Positions 50,622 through 63,129 of a DNA stretch of 64,000 nt are shown in pieces. Below the pieces are notes generated by a model. That model had not been told where the DNA came from and did not search any database. It saw nothing but the letters and a program-made list of their open reading frames with translations. Source of the stretch: Glaucostegus cemiculus. Its lineage: Eukaryota. How positions within the stretch are numbered: the stretch's first letter is position 1; every line of letters begins with the position of its first letter. The translations under genes were made by a program, and so were the position numbers. The stretch is from assembly GCA_976551045.1 (NCBI GenBank), contig CDPCPM010000102.1, positions 806,001 through 870,000 on the forward strand, written 5' to 3'.

Positions 50622-50726
50622 AATTTTAATTTTATTTACAGCGTGGTAACAGGCCCTTTCGGCCCAACGAGTCCGCGCTGCCCATTTTAAACCCCCAAAT
50701 TAACCTACCTGTACGTCTTTAGAATG
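50622..50726 (-). mobile_element. 5'-truncated V-SINE with CR1-type tail, young (CpG-rich)
   Basis: Antisense CATTCTAAAGACGTACAGGTAGGTTAAT...GGACTCGTTGGGCCGAAAGGGCCTGTTACCACGCTGTAAATAAAATT. Confidence 0.8.
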
Positions 50727-50887
50727 AATGAAGCAGTTTAAATTGCAGTCTTGTAAAAATGTCCATGTTGGTTAAAGTAAATTAACAACGTCAAAGGTGA
50801 TGAAATTATCCTCAACAGAATAATTTGAAATAAACTTGCATAAAACTTGTATATTGAGAAATTTCAAAAATGCAGAGTTTCTACTTA

Positions 50888-51915
50888 TAGATTCATAGTT
50901 ATACAGCAGAAACTGGCCCTTCGTCCCAACTCCATACTGACCACGATGCCCATCTGTGTTAATCTCATTTTCCTGCATTTGACCTATATCCTTCTAAACC
51001 TTTTTCTTATCCATGAACCTGTCCAAATATCTTTTAAACGTTGTAATTATATCTGCTTCTGCAGCTCATTCCACATACCCACCACCCTCTGTGTGTGGGG
51101 GTGTGTGTGTGGGGGGGAACTTGCCTCAGATCCTCTTAAATCTTTCCCCTCTCACCTTGAACCTATGCCATCTGGTTTTAGACTCCTCTACCCTGGGGGG
51201 AAAAGACTGACCCTATCTGTGCTCCTCATGATTTTTATAAACATCTATAATGTTGCCCCTCCGCCTCCTACATTCCAGGAAAACAGTTGCAGTCTATCCA
51301 ATCTCTCCTTGTAACCCTAGCCCTCCAGATCCAGCAAAATCCTTGTGAATCTTTTCTGCACCCTCTAGCTTAAAAACATCCTTCCTATTAACAACCGGAA
51401 ATGCACATAATATTCCATGCACAGCCTAACCAATGATTGTACAACTCTTAACATGACATCCCAACTTCTGTACTCCGTGCCATGGCCAATGAAGGCAAGC
51501 ATACCATTTGCTGCCTTCACCACCACACTGTCTACCTGTATCGCTGTTTTCGGGTGCCTAAATACTTGTACCCCAAGGCCCTGCTGTTCAGTAATACTCC
51601 TCCCGAGGTCCCTGCTATTCGCTGCATGTCCTGGCTTTGTTCAGCTTTGCAACATGCATCACCTCAGACGTCAGAGTTAAATTCCGTCAGCCATTCCCTT
51701 GCCCGCTTTCCCTGTTGATCTAGATCCTGTTGTAACTTTAGACAATCTTCTTCACTGTCCACTATACCATCAATTTTGGTGTCGTCTGCAAACTTGCTGA
51801 TCATGCCACTACCTTCTCTTCTAAATTATTGATGTATATGACTGACAAAGGGCATGGCATTGATTCCTGTGCCACACCACAGGCTATAGGTCTCCAATCA
51901 GAAAAACTACACCAC
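50888..51915 (-). mobile_element. CR1 LINE RT C-terminus through 3' end
   Basis: Antisense ISKFADDTKIDG at 51765-51805; tail ATAGATTCATAG...GGCCCTTCGTCCCAAC. Confidence 0.85.
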
Positions 51916-52967
51916 CCCCCCACCCCCATTTGCCATCTTTTGCCTCTGTCATTTACTTCATTTAACTTATGACCAATACACTGGATTTTTAAGAATTGTA
52001 CACCTTATTTTAATGTCTATAATTATGAGTATGAATTGTGCATGTGGGAATGCTTCCAGGAAATTGCTTGCTGATGTGTCAGTATTGCTAAAGAACCATG
52101 CAAAGTTACTTTGGAGTCTAAAAGGCTGTGAGAAGGGGGAAGTTGTTCTGTTTTTCAGATAGTTGATTAAAATTGAAGCCACACTCCCACGTTCAAGGTT
52201 TAAGTGAATGATTGTGAACACTATATTCTGAACGTGGAACAGTAGGAGGATCTGAATTTTATTATGACCATTTCTGAAATTTTGCTGGCTTTTGGAATGG
52301 GGGTAGAGTGAAAGTTTTATCCCTGGTTTCATTCCTGAATAGCCAAGTTATTATCTTAAAGATTGTCTGCTTGGTCTTTATTTCTTCACTAAAGGAAGTT
52401 GTATATCCTTAAAATTTATTTTAAAGACCTCCTGGGTCTGCCTTAATTTTGAATTCCACTTCAGTTCATGAGGTTAAGTTCATCCTGTATTTAACCCTGT
52501 TATTTTAATTCTGATGATTCTGTGCTGTTTCTTCTACCCACCACTAGTCCCAGATCAACATTTCCTTACAAATTTTGGTGCTTAAAGTTCAACTAGTTAC
52601 TTCAGTTGAGGTGTAACCAAGGCTGTAAAGCAACTGGAATATCAAATCTAATTACTTATGAGTGTTCTTTTAGTTGCTCATGCACAAAAATCCCTTTGTT
52701 TCCACAAGTTCTTTAAGGCAAAAAGAAAAGCAGGATATTTTTCTTTAACATTTTCGAATCTATAGTGGATCACTTGATATTTCTGTACTGATAGCCAATT
52801 GCAATTGTCTTTCCTCCTTTGCCATGTCCTTTTGTAACTTCCTCTTGCCTACACAACTGGTGCCTTCTAACATAGTTAGCTGATATACTGATCCATTGGT
52901 AAATAGTGTGATCCCAGTGCAGTGAAGGCATATAGTAATTTTAATTTCAAGTTGATTTGGTATTAAG

Positions 52968-53087
52968 GAAACAAAGGATGCAGATGCTAGAATCTAGGTG
53001 AAAAACACAATGCTGGAGGAACTCAGCAGGCCAGGCAGCATCCATGGAGAAAAGCAGGCAGTCAACATTTCTGTCAGGATCCTTCAT
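52968..53087 (-). mobile_element. Penelope-type tail cut at the hammerhead core
   Basis: Antisense ATGAAGGATCCTGACAGAAATGTTGAC...GATGCTGCCTGGCCTGCTGAGTTCCTCCAGCA. Confidence 0.8.
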
Positions 53088-53770
53088 AGAACATGGAACA
53101 TTACAGCACAGTACAGGCCCTTCGGCCCACAATGTTATGCTGACATTTTATCCTGCTCCAAGATCTATCTTACCCTTCCCTCCCACATAGCCCCACATTT
53201 CTGTATCATTCATGTGTCTTTCTCTTAAATGTCCCCATAACCTCTGCTGGCAGTGCAGTCCACGCACCCACCAACTGCTTAAACAAAAACAAACAAACTT
53301 ACCTCTGACATCGGCCTTGTATCTTCCTCCAGTCATCTTAAAATTATGCCCCTTGTTTTAGCCATTGTCACCCTGGGAAAATTTCTGACTGCCCACTTGA
53401 TCTATGCCTGTTATCACCATTTACACCTCTATCACGTCACCTCATCCTCCTCTCCAAAGGGAAAAGCCCAAGCTCACTCATCTTATCCTCATAAAACATG
53501 GTCTCCAATCCAGGCAGCATCCTGGTAAATCTTCTCTGCACCCTCTCTAAAGCTTCCACATCCTTCCTATAATGAGGTGATCAAAGCTGAACACAATACT
53601 CTAAGTGTGGTCTAACCAGATTTCTGTAGAGCTGCAACACTACATCACATCTCTTGAACTCAATACCCTGACTTGTGAAGGCCAATATGCCACCTTAACA
53701 ACCTGCGCAGCAACCTTGAGGCATCTATGGACATGGACCCCAAGATCCCTCTGTTCCTCCATACTGCTAG
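53088..53770 (-). mobile_element. CR1 3' fragment
   Basis: Antisense tail AGAACATGGAACATTACAGCACAGTACAGGCCCTTCGGCCC; HYRKDVEALERVQRRFTRMLPG on the minus strand. Confidence 0.9.
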
Positions 53771-53939
53771 GAGTAAAAGTCTTAAGGACTTTGGTACTAA
53801 AACAGTTCATGAGAATGATGCATAATGGACAAAATCATTTGAAAGTGGTGTACTGGATATGGTACTTAAAAACGTGGTCTCTGTGACACTGAGGAAGCTA
53901 ACTGCAGATTGGGTGATGGCTTTGTGGAACACTTCCTCT

Positions 53940-54260
53940 TTGGTCTGCAATGTTATCCTGAACATTTAGTGTCTGTCACTTTAATTGTCCATTCCATCCC
54001 CTATTCTGATCTGTCTGCGGCCTCCCTGTAGTGTTCCAACGAAATCTGATGTTAAGATGAGGAACGGTACCTCGTTCATTTGGTCATGTTGAAGCCTTCC
54101 AGATTCTCTGTAGAATTCAATTTTGGGTAAATCACCTTACTTGTTTTGTATCAGAACTGGCTAATTCTGTTTGGCACTTCATATAGCACTCTCTCCTCCC
54201 ATTTCAGTTTTTAAAATTCTTTTGTTTATGTTTACTCTGACAGCTGGCTCTTACAAATGG
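53940..54260 (+). mobile_element. Decayed Penelope C-terminal fragment
   Basis: TGTCACTTTAATT...ATTCTGATCTGTCTGCGGCCTCC...GAGGAACGGTACCTC parallels 8520-8630. Confidence 0.55.
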
Positions 54261-54339
54261 CAATAAGGTGACAAGATAATCTGAAGGCTAAATTTTCTGG
54301 GATGGTCCCAGAGATCATTTACATTTCAGAGGCAGTTTA

Positions 54340-54480
54340 CAGCAATAAATTAATCTACTCGCCTGCGCTTTGGGCTGTGGGAGGAAACCCATGTTGGCGC
54401 CAGGAAAATGTGCAGCACTAGAGTTTGAGATTCAATCTGGGTGACTAGAGTTGAGGCAGCAGCTTCACCTTGCTGCCCTA
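54340..54480 (-). mobile_element. Old V-domain SINE fragment
   Basis: CTTTGGGCTGTGGGAGGAAACCC...GAGATTCAATCTGGG antisense SINE body. Confidence 0.5.
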
Positions 54481-55779
54481 TTCCTAAATTGTAGTGGCTG
54501 TGCATATTGTGTGTTGTGAGTGGTAAGTTAAGAGATTTAAGTTTATAGTCACCATTGGCATTGCCTCTGAGGTGTTCTTTTGCTGACTCAGAACCATCTT
54601 ATTATGCTTTAATTAATGTACAAGAGGACTGTCTTTTCCAAAAGAGCCCCATCTCATCGACACTAGGAAAGTAACACTTTTTGATTAATTTCAGCTCCTT
54701 TTGTAAAATCTTCTGCTGTCATGGTATCTGCACTTGTTGCCTACTCCTGTAGGTTTGCATGTTTCCTGAAGTATTGAAACTGGCCTCCAAGGTATCAGTA
54801 CATTCGGAAGATACATCATCAACTCCACCTGACCTTGGTCTTCTGTTAAACCTTGGCATAACAATCTTTTCATGAAACATCAAACCTGGGTGCATGCCAG
54901 TGACCACATGCTTAACCCTTTTTTCATTCTGTTCATTATACCACATTTGCCTTCCATAACACATACACTCCATGCATAACATGTTAGTAAATCAATGGAT
55001 GTCCATTCCCAATTACCAGTTGTGTCTATAGGTTGTGTTTTCTTTCAATAAGTACATACTAGTGGCCAAATCCACTCATTTGAGTGGATAGCAGTCTTTG
55101 CCACAGCTGCACCAGTTGAGATTTCATTACCCCTTACTGCTGACATCAAAGTAATCTCTCCTTTTCCCAACACTATAGTTATTTTTGGGAAAGAAGCATT
55201 GTAAGTTGAGGACCTCTTCACTGAAGAGCCCATTTTGTTATAGTGCAATATCATAATCTGACCCCCTCCTTCCTCTCCCCAATTTGTATCAACTGCAAAT
55301 TTAGAATTTATTTTTGATTTCAAGAGTCTACATTTTTCATGTAAAATCTGAGGTTCCTTCACTGATCCTAGTGACCACCTCTGTCCACTTTGTTTTTTCC
55401 ACTGCTGAAAGCTACCCTGTACTGCCACTTTTTGGATTGCCAGCTGGCTTCAAGACATGTTTGTCCTCTAGTCTTTATCCTCTGGCTTTAAAGGCCTGTT
55501 TGAAAATCCTACATTTTGCCTTTCCTGTCCATTGTATATGTTACCACCTCCAGTAAGGTTATTCCAATGTTAGTGATAAAATCAAAACATAGCTGGTAGT
55601 GAAGGCACCAAGCAATATTTTAAAAAGTGGTTTACAAGTGGAAAATCCATCAGAGCTTATTATCGGACCTTGTAAATCTGGAATCCCTTTTGGAGTTTAA
55701 TCATTCGTATTTATTTGAATTGCATTTCTAATTCAGCGTTAAAAGCATTTTGCCTTCTAAAGAGGAGCTATATAAATCG

Positions 55780-56110
55780 AACAACCTATGGAAATGAACC
55801 CTGAGCCAGGAAGAGGAATTAGGATGGAGTAAATTATGGCCAAGCTGAAAAGATGTGCTTTAAAATGTTTAACTAGCTTTGTAGATGCCACAAGGTTCAA
55901 TAAGAGTTTTGAGGAGTAGGATTATTCCTGCTGGATTCTTTACCATCCGTAGCAGGGCACTGTTTGCTGTGGGAATCTGTTGTGGAGATGGTGGGACAAG
56001 GAAATGAACGTATGGGTGATGGTAAGGATTTTGAGTTGAATGTATTGGAGGATGGAGCCACTATAGGTTGTTGATAGCTGAATTTGTGGAAGCATGGCAA
56101 CATTTAAAAC
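55780..56110 (-). mobile_element. Ancient L2-like remnant
   Basis: GTAAGGATTTTGAGTTGAATGTATTGG and similar phrases parallel 1440-1830. Confidence 0.3.
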
Positions 56111-57182
56111 TTTTGGAACAACTCTATTTTCTTTTTAAAACTTTATTTCAGTATTTTAAACATGTTTGTCACTCCATCTAAAACCCTTGATCACCAAAGT
56201 CTTTGCAACATAAAGCCAAGCATTCTGCCACTTGGCTGTACTAACCCTTGGCAGGTGTAGCCATTCAGTGATTCTTTTTTATTCATAGTTCCCAAACAAT
56301 GAGGAATTGTTCTAATGAGGATGATTTGCATATCTAATTGAGACTGGACAACTTCATCAAAATTGTGGTTGAAGTGTGTTAATTCAAGTAATAAGTGACT
56401 TGGGATAAACATATTTATTAAGCTACAATAAATATATTTAAATGGTTTTGATTCGGTGTCTTATGGTTTTAATCAATGCATTTAAAATCTAAATATGCTA
56501 TCATTCCTTGCTAGGAAAGGCTGATTATAGCAAGCTCACGGGAGCATAATTTTCAAGTTGAACATCATTCTGACCTGTCTATCTTTGTATTCTTCCTCAT
56601 TTCTATTTTAAAAATTCTTATTCTCCAGCACATTCACGGTAACAGCTGGAGTAGTTACCTTATCCCAGGGTTTTGTAGGTGGGCAGTTATTGAGCTTGCT
56701 GACATTACCCACAATTGTTAATTGCTGGGTGCTTTTCCTGACTTGCAAAGGTTTTGAGGCAGTTATTGCATTTGAAGAACTTGATATGTGACATAGCACA
56801 AAGTAGCATCTTGCATGCATGATCTTAAATAGGCAAACGAGATGAATGATCCCCTCTGTAAAGCATGGATGCCAAAATGGGCTGTGAACTAATCTGACCT
56901 CTCATCTATCTTTGGCACTATCTTTTTCTGTGATGTTATAGTACTGAGGCTGCCTTTCTAGGTACAGGTCAATGTGAGAACATGGCATGCAGGTGAATCC
57001 ATCTGGTTTGCAGTGCTTTGTTTTATTTTTGCTGCTGTAGTAAGGCAGATGGGCCTCTATACTGAAGCTGTATCAACACTCCCTACCATGATATGGATTG
57101 CTTCACAAGAGTGCTTTAAAGCATCATGCTGCCATCTAACTTTCAGATGACTTCAGTTTACCCACACTGTCTATTTAAAGAC

Positions 57183-57243
57183 AGATTGGAACGAACAAGT
57201 TGGGCTGAAGGGCCTGTTTCCATGCTGTACGACTCTTGACTCT
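57183..57243 (+). mobile_element. CR1-type tail only
   Basis: AAGTTGGGCTGAAGGGCCTGTTTCCATGCTGTACGACTCT. Confidence 0.75.
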
Positions 57244-59111
57244 TTTTAGAGGATGGAATCATCTTCATGCCACTAATCTTGGCCATAATGTTCCTGATCT
57301 GCAGAATTGCTCTTCTGCTTTGCAGCCTCCCTTCCTGCTTTCAAAATTCTAATCTTAAATTACTTCAGTTACTCCCTTCTGTCCTATAATCCACTCCAAT
57401 TGCAATTCTATAACTCTTTTTCTGTACTCATTTTAAACTGATCCATGATGTTTTTGTGGCAAGGGAAAACACCCACCAACATGGAAAAGAATTCTATTTT
57501 CCTTCTGTCCCACTTGCTTAATATTCTGGCCCCTTTTCTTGCTACATTTCCCAAGTAGCTGCCATGAAAATCGATTTGTGCATGTGAATCATCTTTGATC
57601 AGCATGAAAGCAAGTTTATTAGTTTTTAAAAAGCAGCTGTTTATCCTAATCTGGTAATGAACTTGTGCACTGATGGTAAAACTTATTTCAAAATAAAAAT
57701 CGGTAAATACTGGAAACTCATTTGGCCTAAGCAACATCTGTGAAGAGAGAATTGACAATTTGTCAGAATTGTTTGCTTCCATGGCTTGGGAGCAAAATTT
57801 AATGGACAGTATATTGTACCTCACATCAGTGTTAAATTGGGTAACATCCTTGACAACCTCTGGTACAATTTAGCATTTCTTTTCCCTGTACTGCCCCCAC
57901 AGATTCCATGGATCCACTTCGGGGAAGGAGACTTGTCTAATCCTGTACTGTATTGGCCTTTATCCCATTTTCCACCTACATCATTGAACATCTCTAACAG
58001 ATAACCCTGAGGTTCTGATCCAATGAAAACATCTTTCATTTCTCTAAGCCATCTTCAAAACTCTAGCCATTGTCATAAGTGAAAACAGAGGGTGCTCTAA
58101 ATCCAGGAGAATAATTGGTTGGGCTACATTTTAAAAAAAAATAGTCTTACTGTTTTGGGTGAGCTATAAAATAGATAGATCCATCCATCCACAGGCAGCT
58201 TGTTTCTAAAGGAATTGGGTTGATGGATTTTAAAACTTAACTAAACATTGTATGCCATGTAGTAGATTGGGAACAATGTAGAGCATACCATAGGAAATGC
58301 GAAGCAATACTATTAAACAAGCAGGAAGCAAAGAAATATTGAGAGGCAGGGACAAGAAGAATTTGCATCTTTCAGCAAATACAGATGATATTTGAATATC
58401 ATTGTACAATTGTCTTGGACTGTATTGTGATCCTTTTGAACAGCCAGTCCAGATGAAATGCCACACTTCATCTGGAGCGTGACTCCAGCCATGTAGGGCA
58501 GGCTAATTCACTTGCATGTACCAGGCTGTGAAAAGATGATTCAGTAATTCCCAACAATTGGAGTGAGGGACGTCTGCTAATGTAGGCTTATTGCCCAGGA
58601 TATTTGTAATCTTTGTGGATAATTCTGTTCTTTTTCTTGCAGAAGTTTGTCCTTTTCCAGATTGTTTTTTTACTTTTTCCCATACTTCTACAGAATAAAC
58701 AGAAGTCTGTCATTGTCTATCTTTAAACCTCTGATCTTTCATGAATCTTAAGTACTTGGAGGTTTCTGGACTGGGTTTTGAAATCATTGTTAGGAATTGC
58801 TTTTTGTAATCTAGTGACATCTTTGCTGTCATTTCTGTTCACCATTTTAACACATTCTATTTGAGCTGCAGCAACAGGTATGTGACTTGTCAGTCAACCA
58901 GAGGGATTGGGGTCTTTGGAAATATTGATTTGCCTTTTCATATCCCTTTTTGGAATTTTTTTGTTTATCCTGTGACCTACTTGTGTGTGAGGCATATCAA
59001 AGATGTGGAGCCGCCATGGTTGGTATGAAACCCTGGATGACATTTGATCAATGCAAAAAGAAAAAGTAATTTTGTTTGAAATGTATTGTTTTGGCACCCT
59101 ATCTTTAATGG

Positions 59112-59290
59112 AGGCACAAGAGACTGCAGATGCTGGAACTAATAACAAAAACACTGCTGGAGGTACTCAACATTTTGGTCTTGATATGCAACATGACAAT
59201 TTCAACACCACCACCCACCCCCAAACAGAAGCTGCTCACTGCTTGAATCACTGAATTCTTCCAGCAGTTTTTGGTCCCTATTTTTAAAGT
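59112..59290. mobile_element. Short element made of two oppositely oriented Penelope-type tails
   Basis: CACAAGAGACTGCAGATGCTGGA...CTGCTGGAGG (antisense tail) followed by GAATTCTTCCAGCAG (sense tail). Confidence 0.55.
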
Positions 59291-59822
59291 CAAATGTTTG
59301 ATTACATTTTTCTGCATATTTTGTTTGGATTGTGTTTAGGTGTAGTTTCTAATTTTGGATTGCCAAAATGACAGTCTCTGTTTTCAGTGAAGTTTGCTCT
59401 ACAGTGCCTTAAGTTTCATATTAAAAATATTGGCAAATAATGTTTGCCAATGTGTTTTGGATAAATGTGGCTTTGCTGATTATCCTTGGAATAAGATGGT
59501 ACTACTTATCTGATTCAATTTTACAAACATCATTCTGAAAATTACTAGCTTGTTTGTCAACAAACTCTTTTCAAAATCCCATCTACATTATTTCTAGTTA
59601 GGAAAGCTATCTATAAACTATATGCTAATTTAAAATGACAGGCTGTTTTAACTGGTCTATAAATTCTCATTACAGTGTGACCTTTTCTTCCAGGTGTCAT
59701 TCCAGAAGTATTGAGCTAAGCAATATTGGTGTCACTTACTATCAACGTTGTATATGTCAGAACGTTAGCTTTTTTAAAGTTAGACTTGAATTTCTTGAAT
59801 TTAAAATAAGTCTTGTATTTGG

Positions 59823-60088
59823 AAGATAAGATACCTTGTCACATGTATATTGAAATGCATTTTTTGCGTAGTGTTCCGGGAGCAGCCTGCAAGTGTTGTC
59901 ACGCTTCCAGCGCCAACATAGCACACCCACAACTTCCTAATCTGTACGTCTTTGAAATGTGGGAGGAAAGTTGAGCACCCAGAAGAAACCCACGCAGTCA
60001 CAGAGAGAACGTATAAACTCCTTACAGACAGCGGCTGGATTTGAACTGGGGCTATAAAGTGTTATGCTAACTGCAATGCTACCATGCC
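59823..60088 (-). mobile_element. tRNA-derived V-domain SINE
   Basis: Reverse complement matches 62834-63129; ATCTT tail. Confidence 0.9.
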
Positions 60089-60544
60089 TGTGATGTTGTA
60101 TACATTGATTTGTATTCATTTTAAAATGAATTGTCACAAATACTGGCATAAATAATTAAGCATTCTAGTATTTATACTCTTGATGTTGGGTGTATCTGCA
60201 ATCCCATTGATTTTTAATTGAGATTGAAGTGCTACTGGAAGGAAAGGTCAGGAAATTTGTTTACTTGTGGTTTGTTCTGTTTAAAGTCTTTTCAATTGAC
60301 TTTGTATTTCTTTTTCATTTTTTATAACAAATGACTCCTGGTAAAGCTGGGGACTGGGCTGTGCTATCAGTGGAGATTTCAAAGCAGGGGCATTCCACTG
60401 TTATTTGGGCTCTTGTTATCATGTGGGACCTCATTGCTCGATTCCAGCACACTTCAGCTTAGCAAGATGATCCTCCTGCATCCAGATGCGATAGCAGGCA
60501 CTGTACTGCACAAGACAAATCCAGGCCTTTGTTGTCACAAATGA

Positions 60545-61160
60545 TAAGGGGTCAATGGTGGAAAGGGTGAGCAGCTTCAAGTTCATGAGTGTCAACATCT
60601 CATTTTGGTCCCAACACATTGATGCATTCACAAAGAAGGTATGCCAGTAGCTGTACTTCATTCAGAGTTTGAGGAGATTTTGTATGTCACACCATAGAGT
60701 TAAATTTCTACAGATGAATGGTAGAGAGCAGTCTGGTTGCATCACCAGCTGGTATAGAGGCTCCAATGCACAGGGTCAAAAGAGGCAGTAGAATGTTGTA
60801 GACTCAGCCAGCTCCATCACGAGCACAACCCTTCCTGCCACCAAGGACATCTTCAAGAGGTGGTGCCTCAAGAAGGCAGCATCCACCATTAAAGACCCTC
60901 ACCACCCAGGCCATCCCCTCTCCATGTTATGACCATTGGGCAGGAGGTACAGGAGCCTGAAGACCCACACTCAAGGTTTCAGGAACAGCTTCTTCCCTTC
61001 TGCCATCTGATTTCTGAACAGTCTATGAACACCACCTTGTTATTTCCTCTTTTGCTTTATTTATTTTTGTAGCTTGTAGTAATTTTTGTCTCTTGCACTG
61101 TACTACTGCCACAAAACAACAAATTTCATGACCTGTCAGTGATGATAAACCTGGTTCTGA
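60545..61160 (+). mobile_element. Rex1/Babar 3' fragment, third subfamily
   Basis: VERVSSFKFMSV; IKDPHHPGH..., GRRYRSLKTHT.RFRNSFFP remnants; tail GATGATAAACCTGGTTCTGA. Confidence 0.82.
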
Positions 61161-61905
61161 AGATGCCTTGTCCTGTAGCAGGAACTTCCATGGCCTTCTC
61201 CCAGTGGCCAAAGAGCTGTTCTCTGAATCATGGTGTGGATTCCATCCATTTGGGAGCATGTTGGACATGGATCTTCACTCTGGTGACTCTAATAAACGTG
61301 CAAGGAACAGCAACCATATGATCCTTTGCAACTTCTCAGATTACGGGGACTGTGGAGTAGCCCTCAAATTTAGCTGCCTTTTACAAAGTCATTTCCATTT
61401 TGTGCCTGCTTTAGGTTCACAGATTGTAGGCCATCATAATGTATAGACTGGAGTTGAGCTAATCTACAGGACAAATAGTAATCTGTTTAGTTTGCACTTC
61501 TACTCCAGAACCAAGGTCACCCCACACTTTATCACCAAGTTGCAGTTCACAGGCAGCACTTGCATATGTGCACATTCTGAGGACAAGTTTCAAGTCATCG
61601 GTTAATCTCTCACTGAAATCATAGAGAAGGGGCCTTGCATTTCTGCAAAAGCTTTCACCGTTTGACTACAAATGTCCATGCCAGGACTTGGCAAAATGTG
61701 AACTTCTCTTGTCTCACAGGCACCTCTGAATTCTGACGTCAGTGATGAGTAACTATCACCTTATGTATGCTAACCTGGCACAAAACTCTTCTACCAGACA
61801 GAAGTCCATGTTTCAGAAGCATGTAGGAGGATGGAGATCATTTATCTATAACAGGCCTCTCGGTACTAGAGAGAATATTAATGCTGTAAAATCCTTAATA
61901 TATAA

Positions 61906-62530
61906 ATTGGTTTATTATTGTCACATGTACAGAGGTGTATGCCATCCATACAGATCATTTAGTCACATCAGTGCATTGAGGCAGTACAAGGAAAGACAAT
62001 AACAGAATGCAGAATAAAATGTTACACTTGCAGAGAAAGTGCATTGCAGGTAGACAGTAAGGTGTAAGGTCACAATGAGGTAGATTGTGAGGTCAAGAGT
62101 CCATCTTATATGACTATTAAACAGTCCCTTAGTATGATAAGAATGGGATAAAAGCTATCCTTGAGCCTGGTGATATGTGCTTTCTGGCTCTTGTATCTTC
62201 TGCCTGATTTTTGGGGGAGGGGTGAGAGAAGGTGGGGAGAAGAGAGAATATCTGGGGTGGGTGGGTTCTTTGATTTATGCTGGCTGCATTACTGAAGCAG
62301 CAAGAGGGTATAGACAGAGTCCATGGAGGGGAGGCTGGTTTCCCTGATGTGCTGATCTGTGTCTACAGCTCTTGCAGTTTCTTGTGGTCCCAGGCAGAGC
62401 AGTTGCCATACCAAGCCGTGATGCATCCAAATAAGATGCTTTCTATGGTGCATAAAAGAAAAAATTGGTAAGGGTAAAATAGGACATGCCAAATTTCTTT
62501 AGCCTCCTGAGGAAGTAATGTGCTTCCGTT
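61906..62530 (-). mobile_element. Rex1/Babar 3' fragment
   Basis: YFLRRLKKFGM, CTIESILFGCITAWYGNCSA; tail GACAATAATAAACCAAT. Confidence 0.88.
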
Positions 62531-62833
62531 GATATACTTATCCATCCAATCTCTGAGTCTTCCCCCCTCCCTTCCTCCCCCAGTATTGATATCCCCATTG
62601 CTCTCTGGCTCCAAAGGGCAAGCTGTGCCATTTGCTAGTCTGATCACATCAAACACCACCAAAACAAAAGCTGCCTTGAAAAAGTGTTGTATCTTCACTG
62701 ATTAAGGGAATTCTTGGCCCATGATCATTCAAACTAGAGAAGTACCATTTTGGGATGGCCTTGAGTACCTAGAAACACAGCACAGAATGGCAGGAGCAAG
62801 TTACCCACCTGCACAAGTGGTCAAGCACCTTCT

Positions 62834-63129
62834 GGCAGGCATGGTAGCATAGTGGTTAGCATAATGCTTTACAGCGCCAGCGACCCGGGTTCAAATCCGG
62901 CCACTGTCTGTAAGGAATTTGTATGTTCTCTCCATGTCTTTGTGTGGGTTTTGCTCCAGGTACTCCAGTTTCCCCCCACATTCCAAAGACGTACGAGTTA
63001 GGAAGTTATGGGCATGCTATGTTGGTGCCGGAAGTGTGGCGACACTTGCGGGCTGCCCCCCAAAATCACTACGCAAAAGATGTATTACACTGTGTTTTAA
63101 TGTACATGTGACTAAAGATCTTATCTTCT
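62834..63129 (+). mobile_element. tRNA-derived V-domain SINE, full length
   Basis: A box TAGCATAGTGG, B box GGTTCAAATCC, V-domain, tail TGTACATGTGACTAAAGATCTTATCTT. Confidence 0.92.

Noticed and set aside
54581-54593. MARE/ARE-like TGCTGACTCAGAA
   Set aside because: Isolated single motif without supporting context
62834-62905. tRNA gene
   Set aside because: A and B boxes are the SINE head; it continues into the V-domain and lacks a full cloverleaf
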